From Peptococcaceae bacterium UBA2264 (GTDB lineage: Bacteria > Bacillota > Desulfitobacteriia > Desulfitobacteriales > Desulfitobacteriaceae): 51,549 nt of DNA. Within the stretch, counting starts at the first letter, position 1; every line of letters begins with the position of its first letter. The stretch covers positions 1-51,549 of the forward strand of contig DDXI01000068.1 in assembly GCA_002347475.1 (NCBI GenBank), read 5' to 3'. A model generated the notes under the pieces. It was not told the origin of the DNA, did not search any database, and saw only the letters and a program-made list of their open reading frames with translations. A program made the position numbers and the translations under genes. Shown here one piece after another: positions 38,834 to 47,687 of this stretch.

Positions 38834-40513
38834 ATGCAAGGTAAGATGCAAAAGCTGGGAAATCTTCTGCTGGAATCCGAGATCATCACCCAGCAACAGT
38901 TAGAGGAAGCCCTGGATTATCAGGCAAAAAACCCGCAAAAGCTGGGAGAAATCCTGATCGCTAAAGGATTTGTCCAGGAACAGCAAATTCTTAAAGCCTT
39001 GGAATACCAGTACCATATCCCGTACTATGATTTGGGAGATACTGCTATTGAAGCCAATGTGCCCACTTTGATTCCGGAAGGAATAGCCAGGAAACACTCT
39101 TTAATCCCCATCAAACGGGAAAACAACATTTTGACCGTGGTTATGTCTGATCCCCTGGACTTTTACGCTATTGATGATGTCAAGCGGGCTTCAGGGTTGG
39201 ATGTCAAACCGGCTATGGCTACTAAAACCGATATCCTGAATTCCATCGAGCGCTATTATGGCAAGGAAAGCGCTGAAAAAGCCATCGAAGAACTGAAACA
39301 AACCTATGATCTCGCTGATTTTGCCAGTATTGACGATCAATTTGGTGATGAGGTCAGCAATGCACCTGTAGTCCGCCTGGTTAACTCCGTTATCCAGCAT
39401 GCCATCAAAATTAATGCCAGTGATATTCATATTGAACCTCTGGAAGATGCCATGCGTATTCGCTACCGGATCGACGGTGAGCTGCAGGAAGTAATGCGTA
39501 CCTCCAGAGGAGCTCACTCAGCTGTTGTCACCAGAATTAAAATCATGGGAAAAATGGATATCGCCGAAAAACGGCTGCCTCAGGACGGCCGCATCGAAAC
39601 AAACATTGACAACCAAAACGTCGATCTGCGGCTTTCTATTCTGCCTACTGTTCATGGCGAAAAGATTGTTATCCGGGTCCTGGGTATCAGAGACAGCACC
39701 TATCGCAAGGAAGAACTGGGCTTTACACCGGAAAACCTGGAACTCTTTGACCGCATCATCAAAAGTCCCAACGGGATCATCCTTGTTTCCGGACCGACAG
39801 GTTCAGGTAAAACAACCACTCTTTACGCAATAATGCAGGAATTGAACAAACCTAATGTCAATATTATCACTGTTGAGGATCCGGTAGAATACCGGATGGA
39901 GGGCATCAACCAGGTCCAGGTCAATACCAAGGCCGGACTGACCTTCGCCTCAGGTTTGAGAACGATTCTGCGCCAGGACCCCGATATCATCATGATTGGT
40001 GAAATCCGGGATCCGGAAACTGCTCAGATCGCTATCCGCTCAGCTATCACCGGCCATCTGGTCTTAAGCACTATCCATACTAATGATGCTGCTTCCTCAA
40101 TTCTTAGACTGGTAGATATGGGAATTGAATCCTATCTGGTCTCATCTTCAGCAGTTGGTTTGATAGCCCAAAGGCTGGTTCGCAAAATCTGCAGCAAATG
40201 CAAGATGTCCTACCGTCCCAGCCATCAGGAACTGATGCTGCTCAAACTGCGCGAACCTCAGCCAGTCTATAAAGGTTCGGGCTGTCCGGCTTGCAACTAC
40301 ACCGGTTATGCCGGAAGAACCGCTATCCACGAGATCATACCTATCAATAAGGATATCCGGGAATTGATTGACCGACGTTCAACCCCCGATCAAATACGTC
40401 ATGTCGCTGCCAGATTTGGCTATACTTCCCTGCGCGAAAACTGCACTCGTTTGGTTCTGAATGGAGTGACTACTACTGAGGAATTGATCAAAGTTACCTA
40501 TAGTATTGAGTAA
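38834..40513 (+). CDS. pilB: Type IV pilus extension ATPase PilB (GspE family) with N-terminal MshEN-type domain
   Basis: Walker A 'GPTGSGKTT', an Asp box, a His box and a tetracysteine 'CSKC...CPAC'. The N-terminal 'KLG..L' motif is repeated. Confidence 0.95.
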   Translation: MQGKMQKLGNLLLESEIITQQQLEEALDYQAKNPQKLGEILIAKGFVQEQQILKALEYQYHIPYYDLGDTAIEANVPTLIPEGIARKHSLIPIKRENNILTVVMSDPLDFYAIDDVKRASGLDVKPAMATKTDILNSIERYYGKESAEKAIEELKQTYDLADFASIDDQFGDEVSNAPVVRLVNSVIQHAIKINASDIHIEPLEDAMRIRYRIDGELQEVMRTSRGAHSAVVTRIKIMGKMDIAEKRLPQDGRIETNIDNQNVDLRLSILPTVHGEKIVIRVLGIRDSTYRKEELGFTPENLELFDRIIKSPNGIILVSGPTGSGKTTTLYAIMQELNKPNVNIITVEDPVEYRMEGINQVQVNTKAGLTFASGLRTILRQDPDIIMIGEIRDPETAQIAIRSAITGHLVLSTIHTNDAASSILRLVDMGIESYLVSSSAVGLIAQRLVRKICSKCKMSYRPSHQELMLLKLREPQPVYKGSGCPACNYTGYAGRTAIHEIIPINKDIRELIDRRSTPDQIRHVAARFGYTSLRENCTRLVLNGVTTTEELIKVTYSIE

Positions 40514-40566
40514 AGTTGAGTATTATTATTAAAATAACCAAGCAAATTAAGTAAGGAGTGTAACAG

Positions 40567-41646
40567 ATGAATGATACTATCAAAGACTTGTTGCTCAAAG
40601 CCCTGGAGATGAAAGCCTCGGACTTGCATATTACAACTTCCCTGCCTCCCATTTACCGCGTGAACGGTAACCTGATACCGTTGGAAGGTGCCGAACCGCT
40701 GACCCCAGAGGACACGGAGCGCCTGATCTCGCAGTTATTGTTAAGGGAATCCTTTGAGAAACGCCTGGCTGAAAAAGGGGAAGTAGATTTCTCCTATGTA
40801 ATCACCGGTATCAACCGTTTCCGGGTCAATGTCTTCCGCCAGCGTCAGACTCTGGCAGCCGCCATCCGGGTTCTTATGCCGGAAGCCCCCAGTATAGATC
40901 AGTTGGGTTTGCCGGAGGTTTTCAAACCCCTGGCTTTAAAACCCCGAGGCCTGATTCTGGTCACCGGGCCGACTGGATCAGGCAAATCAACAACCCTGGC
41001 AGCCATGGTCAAGCATATCAACAGCTCCCGTAAATGCCATATCCTTACTATTGAGGACCCCATTGAGTATTTACATAAGCACCAAAACTCCATCATTAAC
41101 CAGCGTGAAGTCGGAGATGATACCCTTAATTTTGCTAATGCTCTGAGATCAGCTCTGCGGGAAGACCCGGATGTTATCCTTGTCGGTGAAATGCGCGACC
41201 TGGAGACTATCACTACCGCTCTGACAGCAGCAGAGACCGGGCACCTGGTCTTATCCACCCTTCATACCTCAACAGCTGCACAGACGATCGACCGGGCAAT
41301 CGACGTTTTCCCTCCCCACCAGCAACAGCAAGTCAGGATCCAGCTTGCTGCCGTCCTGCAAGGTATTATTTGCCAGCAGTTACTCCCACGGCTGGACGGT
41401 TCAGGCCGGATTGCCACCCTGGAAATCCTGGTGACCAATGACGCAATACGTAATATGATCCGGGAAAGCAAGACCCACCAGATCGACACGGTTATCCAGA
41501 CCGGCCTGAAAGCGGGCATGACCCCCATGGATCTTGACCTGGCCAATCTGGTCAAACGCAAGCTGGTTTCGCTGGAAGAAGCAACCAACAGGTGCGTTAA
41601 TCCAGAACTCTTTAAAAAGTATCTCAGCCAGCCGTATGTTTACTAA
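40567..41646 (+). CDS. pilT: Twitching motility retraction ATPase PilT
   Basis: 'ASDLHIT', 'GPTGSGKSTT' and 'AIRNMIRE' motifs, and the 359-aa length fits. Confidence 0.95.
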   Translation: MNDTIKDLLLKALEMKASDLHITTSLPPIYRVNGNLIPLEGAEPLTPEDTERLISQLLLRESFEKRLAEKGEVDFSYVITGINRFRVNVFRQRQTLAAAIRVLMPEAPSIDQLGLPEVFKPLALKPRGLILVTGPTGSGKSTTLAAMVKHINSSRKCHILTIEDPIEYLHKHQNSIINQREVGDDTLNFANALRSALREDPDVILVGEMRDLETITTALTAAETGHLVLSTLHTSTAAQTIDRAIDVFPPHQQQQVRIQLAAVLQGIICQQLLPRLDGSGRIATLEILVTNDAIRNMIRESKTHQIDTVIQTGLKAGMTPMDLDLANLVKRKLVSLEEATNRCVNPELFKKYLSQPYVY

Positions 41647-41652
41647 AAACAA

Positions 41653-41690
41653 TGAAACCGCTCTTTTCCGGCCGGAAAAGAGCGGTTTCA
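41653..41690. terminator. Perfect 19-bp-arm palindrome acting as a bidirectional terminator between pilT and the convergent operon
   Basis: tgaaaccgctcttttccgg / ccggaaaagagcggtttca, placed between the two stop codons. Confidence 0.8.
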
Positions 41691-41692
41691 TA

Positions 41693-42904
41693 TCAGTCGG
41701 CTTTTTCCTTGAACCTGGCAATAGCGCGTTTGAAACGGACAGGCCAGAGTCCTTCTTCCTTGCGCAGTAATTCTGCCAGTAATTCCTGAACATACAATTT
41801 GCCGAATTCGTAGATATTCAAAACCAGGATGTCCGAGCTTTTTTCTTCTATTATTACATCCCGGGCCTCAACTGCCAGGCGTTCCAGCAGCCAGCGGGGT
41901 TCGCCCACATCTGCCAGAATGGCTTTCTCCCTCTCCAAAACAGCCTTCTCCATCAGATAAGAGTGTTCAGGCATGTTCTGCAGATCAGCGATTCCAAACT
42001 GTCCGAAATCCAGAATCATAATTTTACCGTCACTGAAAAAGCATATTTCTTTGATATCTTTGTAGAGCTTGCCAAAAACGGCAAGTTTCTTGCTCTTTAA
42101 GCCAAAGTAATCTTCTAAAACCTCAATAAAGATCCATTGCTTGTATCTGGCAGTCAGTTCAGGATCAAGATCAGTCCAGACAGAAGGGACACCCTCGGCT
42201 GGTAAGCCGAACCTGTTAAGAAGAGCCCGGTTGATTTTGCGGGAAGAATAAAACTGCCAGGGCTGTGAGAGATAGTTGATCAGGCAGGGCTCGATTTCCG
42301 CCTCAGTGCTGACCGTAATCGTCTCAAGGAAAAATTCCTCATTGAGCAGAAAACCCCGCTCCCCGGTCTGTTGGAAAAATTGCCTGATTATCCTTACAGT
42401 CAAAGGACTGTGTTCAATCAGATTGTAGCGGGATAAAAACTGGGCAATATCTTCTTCCTCCTGCTGAAGAATTTCCACAGCAGCCAGAATGATATCCTGT
42501 TCCTGCCGGAAAAGCCTCTGCAACAGCTTTTCGCCGCAAACAGGAGCCGCCGCTGCCAGGGCTGCAGCTTCCCGCAGAGCCGGTTGCAGATAGAAATACT
42601 GCAGCAAAGCCCAGATCAGCCGGCTGAGTCCCGGGCTCATCCTGACAGCCAGAATCCGGAGCAGCTTCTGCTTGAGTCCCGGCTCTGGGTTCTGAGTCAG
42701 AGCTATCAAACAGTTTTCCAAATCTTTTTTTCCCAAAGATAAGGCATTTAATTCCAGAGAACGCCTGTTATCCCAGGAAAACGGCGGCAGGACATACCCT
42801 TGGGCCAGCTTGCTGACCAACAGCGCAAATTCCTGTGGAAGCAGTATGTTTTGCCGCAGATGATCGATTGTCTGATTAAACTTTGCCGGAGCAAATAACC
42901 TCAT
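41693..42904 (-). CDS. Soluble 403-aa protein of unknown family, downstream partner of the giant coiled-coil membrane protein
   Basis: SD GGGAGG precedes the start, 67 nt after the upstream stop with no hairpin between. It has no TM helices and I recognised no catalytic motif. Confidence 0.7.
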   Translation of the reverse strand: MRLFAPAKFNQTIDHLRQNILLPQEFALLVSKLAQGYVLPPFSWDNRRSLELNALSLGKKDLENCLIALTQNPEPGLKQKLLRILAVRMSPGLSRLIWALLQYFYLQPALREAAALAAAAPVCGEKLLQRLFRQEQDIILAAVEILQQEEEDIAQFLSRYNLIEHSPLTVRIIRQFFQQTGERGFLLNEEFFLETITVSTEAEIEPCLINYLSQPWQFYSSRKINRALLNRFGLPAEGVPSVWTDLDPELTARYKQWIFIEVLEDYFGLKSKKLAVFGKLYKDIKEICFFSDGKIMILDFGQFGIADLQNMPEHSYLMEKAVLEREKAILADVGEPRWLLERLAVEARDVIIEEKSSDILVLNIYEFGKLYVQELLAELLRKEEGLWPVRFKRAIARFKEKAD

Positions 42905-42971
42905 GCCTGCCTCCCTGTATCCAATATCTTTTTATAGATGTTATATGTTCTTTCTTCATTATGTTGAATAC

Positions 42972-45900
42972 TTATTTGGCAACTGCTTTTTGCAGGGCTT
43001 CGACTGACTCCCGGATACTCTCCAGTACATTGGCAAGCCGCAAAGTGACTTCGCCCAAGCCTTTGTCAAAGTCCTCAAAGGTCCGGCTGATACCTTCATC
43101 GATCTGGTTGGAGAACTCCCGGACAGATTCCCGCAGATTTGTGGAAAGGTCGGCAACATCCAGATTGATTTCCTTGGCATACAAGCCAATGTTGCGGGAA
43201 TGCTCGTCCATATAGCCGACCAGATCCTTGATACCTTTATCAAAAAAGTCCAGGGCACTGCCGGAACTGTCGGTCAGGCGGCCGATAATCAGCTCTGTCT
43301 GGGCAGAGAAGTTGGCAAAAATCTTTTCCATATTGAAATCCATTTCATCCAGTGTCTTGGTAGACTGTTCTCCTATTCTGGTGAAGTAAGAGTCGTACAT
43401 TTCTTTCATAGCTTCGGTCTCTGTGGTTAGCTTTTCTACAATTTCTATACTGTTAGCCATCGCCGTCCGCATCCCGGCAGCCAGATTCTCACCCAAAGCG
43501 TCGATCGATTTGTCCATTCTTCCCGCCAGATCGCTGTAAAGCTGGGCAGCCCGGTGATTGGTCTGTTCCAGGATCCGGCCGCCGACCAAAGACACTTCAG
43601 CAGAAGCCTCAGCCAGCTGGGCAGCTGTTTGAGCATTAGAGCTGAGTACTTCCTCCAGGCTGCTGTGGAACTCTTCCGCAGCAACCAGGCTATTGGCCTT
43701 CAGTCTCTCTCCGTGTTCAGCCAGGGTCTGATCCAATACGCTGATAATTCCTGCCACTTTGTTCTCCAGCTCGGTGCTCTGAGCCTTACGGGCAGCTTCC
43801 AGATTGGTACTCAGCTGAGCATATTCATGCAATATCCTGTCCAGTTCAGCGGCGACCCGGCTGATAACTATCTCACTATTCTGTTCCAGATTGCCTGTCA
43901 GGGCACCTATTCGCTGCTGCATGGTTTCCACCTGGCCGGCCAAAGTACTATAGGAAGTCTCCACTCTTTCCGCCAAGCTGTTATAAACAGTTTCTACCCT
44001 TGAAGCCAGGTCACTGTAAAGCAGACCGGTCTCCAGATTGATTTGTTCCAGAACCCGGCTGCCGGCCAGAGACACTTCGGCTGTAGCTGCCGATAATTTA
44101 TCCACTGTCTGAGAATTGGAGGCCAGTATTTCCTGCAGGCTGCCGCTGTAGACAGCAGCGGCAGCCGTACTTTCAGCCGCCAGCTTTTCGCTGTAGCCAG
44201 CCAGACTCTGATCTATGCCGCCCACCAGTTTTTCCAGTCTTGTTTCCAGCTCAGCACTCTGCCTCACGCGGGCGGTATCTAATTCAGCGCTCAGCTGGGC
44301 ATATTCATGCAATATCCTGTCCAGTTCAGCGGCTACCCGGCTGATAACTGTCTCACTATTCTGTTCCAGATTGCCTGTCAGGGCACCTATTCGCTGCTGC
44401 ATGGTTTCCACCTGGCCGGCCAAAGTACTGTAGGAAATCTCCACTCTATCCGCCAGGCTGTTATAAACTGTTTCTACCCTTGAAGCCAGGTCACTGTAAA
44501 GCAGACCGGTTTCCAGATTGATTTGTTCCAGAACCCGGCTGCCGGCCAGAGACACTTCGGCTGTAGCTGCCGATAATTTATCCACTGTCTGAGAATTGGA
44601 GGCCAGTATTTCCTGCAGGCTGCTGCTGTAGACAGCAGCGGCTGCCGTACTCTCGGCCGTCAGCTTTTCGCTGTAACCAGCCAGACTCTGATCTATGCCG
44701 CCCACCAGTTTTTCCAGTCTGGCTTCCAGCTCGGCACTCTGTTTCGCGCGGGCAGTTTCCAGTTCGGCGTTCTCTTTCTGCCTGGTTGCTTCCAGATCAG
44801 AGCTCAGTCCGCTGAAATCACTCAGCACCCTGTCAAACTCGCCGGCAACGCGGCTGACAGCCGTGTCAATATTCTGCTCCATTGTTCTGGCCAATTCACC
44901 CAGGCCACCCTGGAGGGCAGCCACCTGAGCAATATTGCCTTCCATAAGCTGCAGGGAATGCCGGGCCATAGCATCAGCCTTATCCAGCCCCTGCACGGCA
45001 TATCCTCTCAGTTCTTCAGCAATTGAGCCGGACTGGGAGACTGCCTCCAGGGAGGCCTGCAGAGCCTGAGAAATTTCACTCTGGATTCTTCCGGCTTCCG
45101 CCAAAGCAGCACTGGTTTCCTGAGCAGCAGTTTCCTGGGATATCCTGTTGTTTTCCATACCAGCTAAAATCTTTTCCATTCCGCCAACAATACCTGTCAG
45201 GGACAGGGAGACCTTATCGGCTGCTGCCGCAAAGGCATTCAGCCTATCGGCAGTCAGGGAAGTAACCTGCTCGGTAAAGGTCCGGGCCAGATCCTTCATT
45301 CCATTTTCCTGTTTGTCCAGCACAGCAACTGCCAGTTCGGTCAGTATCTCCGTACCTTGTTTCATGACGGGAGCAAGCTGCAGTTCAATAGCATCCTGAA
45401 ACTGCTTACCCAACACTGGAGCCAGAGTTTCTGTTTCGAAATGATCAAGTCTTTTCCCCAAATCAGCTACGGCTTCCCGGAAAGCCTTACCCTGCTGCTG
45501 CTGGCTTTCCACCAGGACACTGATCATCGTAGCTTCAGTCAGCGGATTCAGCCATTCCGCCATCTGGTACTGAAAATACCAGAGGCTTCGTCTGGTTTTC
45601 TCTAAAACAACCGCATCAGAGAAGCGAAAAATAATAGTGATGAGAAATATCTCAGCCAGGTAAAAGGCCACAAAACTAAGACTGCGGCTTACGACTGCTA
45701 CGGTAACTTCTCCCTTTAGTCCCGAAAGGTTAAGAGCCAGGTAAACTAAAGCTCCGGCAATACCCAGGTAAAACAGGAGCTGCCAAATTCGTTCCAGCAG
45801 TCTCCGGGCGCAGGGAACTGTAATCAGCCTATCCTCGTTGAAATAGGCGGTCACATCCGGGACAACCTCCCCGTGCAGCAAAGTAGTATAATCACGATAA

Positions 45901-46151
45901 TAGTCTTCCCAAGCTGTGATCAGGATCTGATTGCCTGACCCTCTGACCCTATTGAGCAGAAACTCTATCAGGTTCTTCGATCCGCTGGGCATCAGGACCG
46001 AACTCTTGGCAGCCAGCCGGTTTAAACTTTTTCCCAAACCCCTTAAGCACAGCAAATCGTATTTAACATAGAAAATGGCCGCAATAATAATATACAGCAG
46101 CAAAAGCCCAAATAAGACCAGGCCATCTGGTCCGAGTATCAGATCAAGCAT
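42972..46151 (-). CDS. 1059-aa membrane protein: three TM helices (aa ~9-29, ~122-142, ~156-177) followed by a ~870-aa repetitive alpha-helical tail
   Basis: SD GGGGGAGGT precedes the start. Hydrophobic segments occur only at the N-terminus. The rest is Ala/Leu/Glu/Ser/Gln-rich with 'xxxLxxG'-type periodicity and 160-aa tandem repeats. Confidence 0.85.
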   Translation of the reverse strand: MLDLILGPDGLVLFGLLLLYIIIAAIFYVKYDLLCLRGLGKSLNRLAAKSSVLMPSGSKNLIEFLLNRVRGSGNQILITAWEDYYRDYTTLLHGEVVPDVTAYFNEDRLITVPCARRLLERIWQLLFYLGIAGALVYLALNLSGLKGEVTVAVVSRSLSFVAFYLAEIFLITIIFRFSDAVVLEKTRRSLWYFQYQMAEWLNPLTEATMISVLVESQQQQGKAFREAVADLGKRLDHFETETLAPVLGKQFQDAIELQLAPVMKQGTEILTELAVAVLDKQENGMKDLARTFTEQVTSLTADRLNAFAAAADKVSLSLTGIVGGMEKILAGMENNRISQETAAQETSAALAEAGRIQSEISQALQASLEAVSQSGSIAEELRGYAVQGLDKADAMARHSLQLMEGNIAQVAALQGGLGELARTMEQNIDTAVSRVAGEFDRVLSDFSGLSSDLEATRQKENAELETARAKQSAELEARLEKLVGGIDQSLAGYSEKLTAESTAAAAVYSSSLQEILASNSQTVDKLSAATAEVSLAGSRVLEQINLETGLLYSDLASRVETVYNSLADRVEISYSTLAGQVETMQQRIGALTGNLEQNSETVISRVAAELDRILHEYAQLSAELDTARVRQSAELETRLEKLVGGIDQSLAGYSEKLAAESTAAAAVYSGSLQEILASNSQTVDKLSAATAEVSLAGSRVLEQINLETGLLYSDLASRVETVYNSLAERVETSYSTLAGQVETMQQRIGALTGNLEQNSEIVISRVAAELDRILHEYAQLSTNLEAARKAQSTELENKVAGIISVLDQTLAEHGERLKANSLVAAEEFHSSLEEVLSSNAQTAAQLAEASAEVSLVGGRILEQTNHRAAQLYSDLAGRMDKSIDALGENLAAGMRTAMANSIEIVEKLTTETEAMKEMYDSYFTRIGEQSTKTLDEMDFNMEKIFANFSAQTELIIGRLTDSSGSALDFFDKGIKDLVGYMDEHSRNIGLYAKEINLDVADLSTNLRESVREFSNQIDEGISRTFEDFDKGLGEVTLRLANVLESIRESVEALQKAVAK
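43811..44770 (-). repeat. Two in-frame 480-bp tandem repeat units inside the 1059-aa gene
   Basis: At a 480-nt offset I counted about 26 mismatches per 480 nt by eye (~95% identity). More diverged copies flank them on both sides at the protein level. Confidence 0.9.
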
Positions 46152-46344
46152 TCTTTTACCTCCCCCAAATTATCTATACTTTTAATTATATGGCTCTGCC
46201 GCAAGCAGAACAACACTTTTTTTTACAATATTTTCTGCAACTTTCTGAACCACGTTCAATACACAAGGGATGCGCTCTCCAGGCCAGTGCGTTCATGAGA
46301 CTAATAAGCTCATAAACTACTAAAGGAAACTAAAAGTGCGTGAG

Positions 46345-46373
46345 TTGACAATAGCAATCCAGAGAAATATACT
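46345..46373 (+). promoter_or_regulatory. Near-consensus sigma-A promoter (TTGACA-17 nt-TATACT)
   Basis: TTGACA at 46345-46350 and TATACT at 46368-46373, ~230 nt upstream of the iscU-like start. Confidence 0.45.
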
Positions 46374-46602
46374 TAAAATAGTATTTAAGCAATATCTAAA
46401 TTATTGAATTAATGAACAAACAATCGGGAATGACCGCCTGTGGCTAATCTGTATGTTGCCTTAACGACAATGTAAAAAATTTTGATTAGAGAGTTTATTG
46501 TGATATATTTTATAGTGATATTTGTTTGTAATTTGTATTTTCCTGATCTATATTTCAGTTTTCAGTCAGGTATATTCCCTAAGGCACAGGAGATGATGTC
46601 AT

Positions 46603-47070
46603 TTGTATTCGGAAAAGGTAATGGAACATTTTAATAATCCCAGAAATACCGGGAAGATGATTTCTGCCGATGGCGAAGGTACTGTAGGCGAAGCCAGCTG
46701 TGGCGATAAACTCACTATTTTTATCAAAGTCAATAACGACAGGATTACCGATATCCGTTTTCTTGTCTTTGGCTGTGCCGCCTCAATCGCCACCAGCAGC
46801 ATGATGACTGAACTGGTTAAAGGCAAAACTATTGCCGAGGCCCAAAAGATCACCAAACAGGATATTGCGGATGCCCTGGATGGGCTGCCGCCGCTCAAGA
46901 TGCATTGTTCAGTTTTGGCTGTTGCTGCCTTGCAAGCTGCCATTCAGGACTATGAGGAAAAAAGAACAAAATCAGCAGTCCAAAAGCTGCTGCTGTCTTT
47001 AGCCAAGTCCTCTTCCTCTCTCAAAAACAGAATAGTTAATCATATGGTCAACCGCTATTACAAAAAATAA
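46603..47070 (+). CDS. iscU: IscU/NifU-type Fe-S cluster scaffold protein
   Basis: TTG start 10 nt after AGGAG. It has the 'MYSEKVMEHFNNPRNTG' N-terminus, 'CGD', 'GCAASIA' and 'LPPLKMHCSVLA' motifs. Confidence 0.85.
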   Translation: MYSEKVMEHFNNPRNTGKMISADGEGTVGEASCGDKLTIFIKVNNDRITDIRFLVFGCAASIATSSMMTELVKGKTIAEAQKITKQDIADALDGLPPLKMHCSVLAVAALQAAIQDYEEKRTKSAVQKLLLSLAKSSSSLKNRIVNHMVNRYYKK

Positions 47071-47136
47071 TAACACAAAAAAATTTAGAATAAAAAAATA
47101 ATTACAAATACCTGCTTGGTAAAGGAGTTAATGATA

Positions 47137-47559
47137 ATGACTAGAAAAAAAACCGAAGGAATAGTAGTGGAAATCAAGGGTGAATTCGCCATGGTAATGC
47201 CAACGTCCCATATCGGCTGTGAAGGCACTTTTTGTTGTCAGGGTGAGGGCTTATCCAAGGTTAACATTGAAATGCGCAATGAATTAAATGCCGTTGTGGG
47301 AGATAAAGTAATATTCGAAGCCCGGGAAGGCGATATGCTGATAGCAGCTTTCGTTGTATATCTCCTGCCCATTATCCTGACTTTTGGCGGAGCCGTATTC
47401 GGCTATAGACTGTCAGAAACATTAGGCATCAATTCGACCTTTGCCGCTATTGTCGGCGGTTTGCTGCTGTTCATTATATCTATTTTCGTCATCAGAATTG
47501 CCGATAATTATGCCGCAAAAAATACCAGCCTGAAGCCGGTAATCACCAAAATAGTCTGA
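47137..47559 (+). CDS. RseC/MucC-family (SoxR-reducing system) membrane protein
   Basis: The N-terminal soluble domain has a Cys cluster 'GCEGTFCCQGEG', and two C-terminal TM helices follow. The start was chosen 9 nt after GGAG. Confidence 0.65.
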   Translation: MTRKKTEGIVVEIKGEFAMVMPTSHIGCEGTFCCQGEGLSKVNIEMRNELNAVVGDKVIFEAREGDMLIAAFVVYLLPIILTFGGAVFGYRLSETLGINSTFAAIVGGLLLFIISIFVIRIADNYAAKNTSLKPVITKIV

Positions 47560-47607
47560 TTAAATAAACAGCTGCAAAAAAACCTGAATAATTCATAAGT
47601 ACAGAGT

Positions 47608-47643
47608 GGAAGCATGTGCTAAAATGTTACATGCTTCCTTTTT
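47608..47643 (+). terminator. Rho-independent terminator
   Basis: A 10-bp stem ggaagcatgt/acatgcttcc followed by ttttt. Confidence 0.75.
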
Positions 47644-47687
47644 ATACTATGTTACTGTATCTGATTTTTTTCAACCCTGTACCGCAG

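Noticed and set aside
43811-44770. A 480-bp duplication that could have been an IS element, a gene duplication or two separate genes.
   Set aside because: The units are in frame within one uninterrupted 1059-aa ORF and have no terminal inverted repeats or transposase, so this is an intragenic tandem repeat.
41693-46151. Calling the two-gene operon a Zorya system.
   Set aside because: No ZorB/MotB-like gene and no ZorD-type helicase/nuclease gene is present. The similarity to ZorA is architectural only, and the ZorC/EH-signature idea cannot be verified without a profile search.
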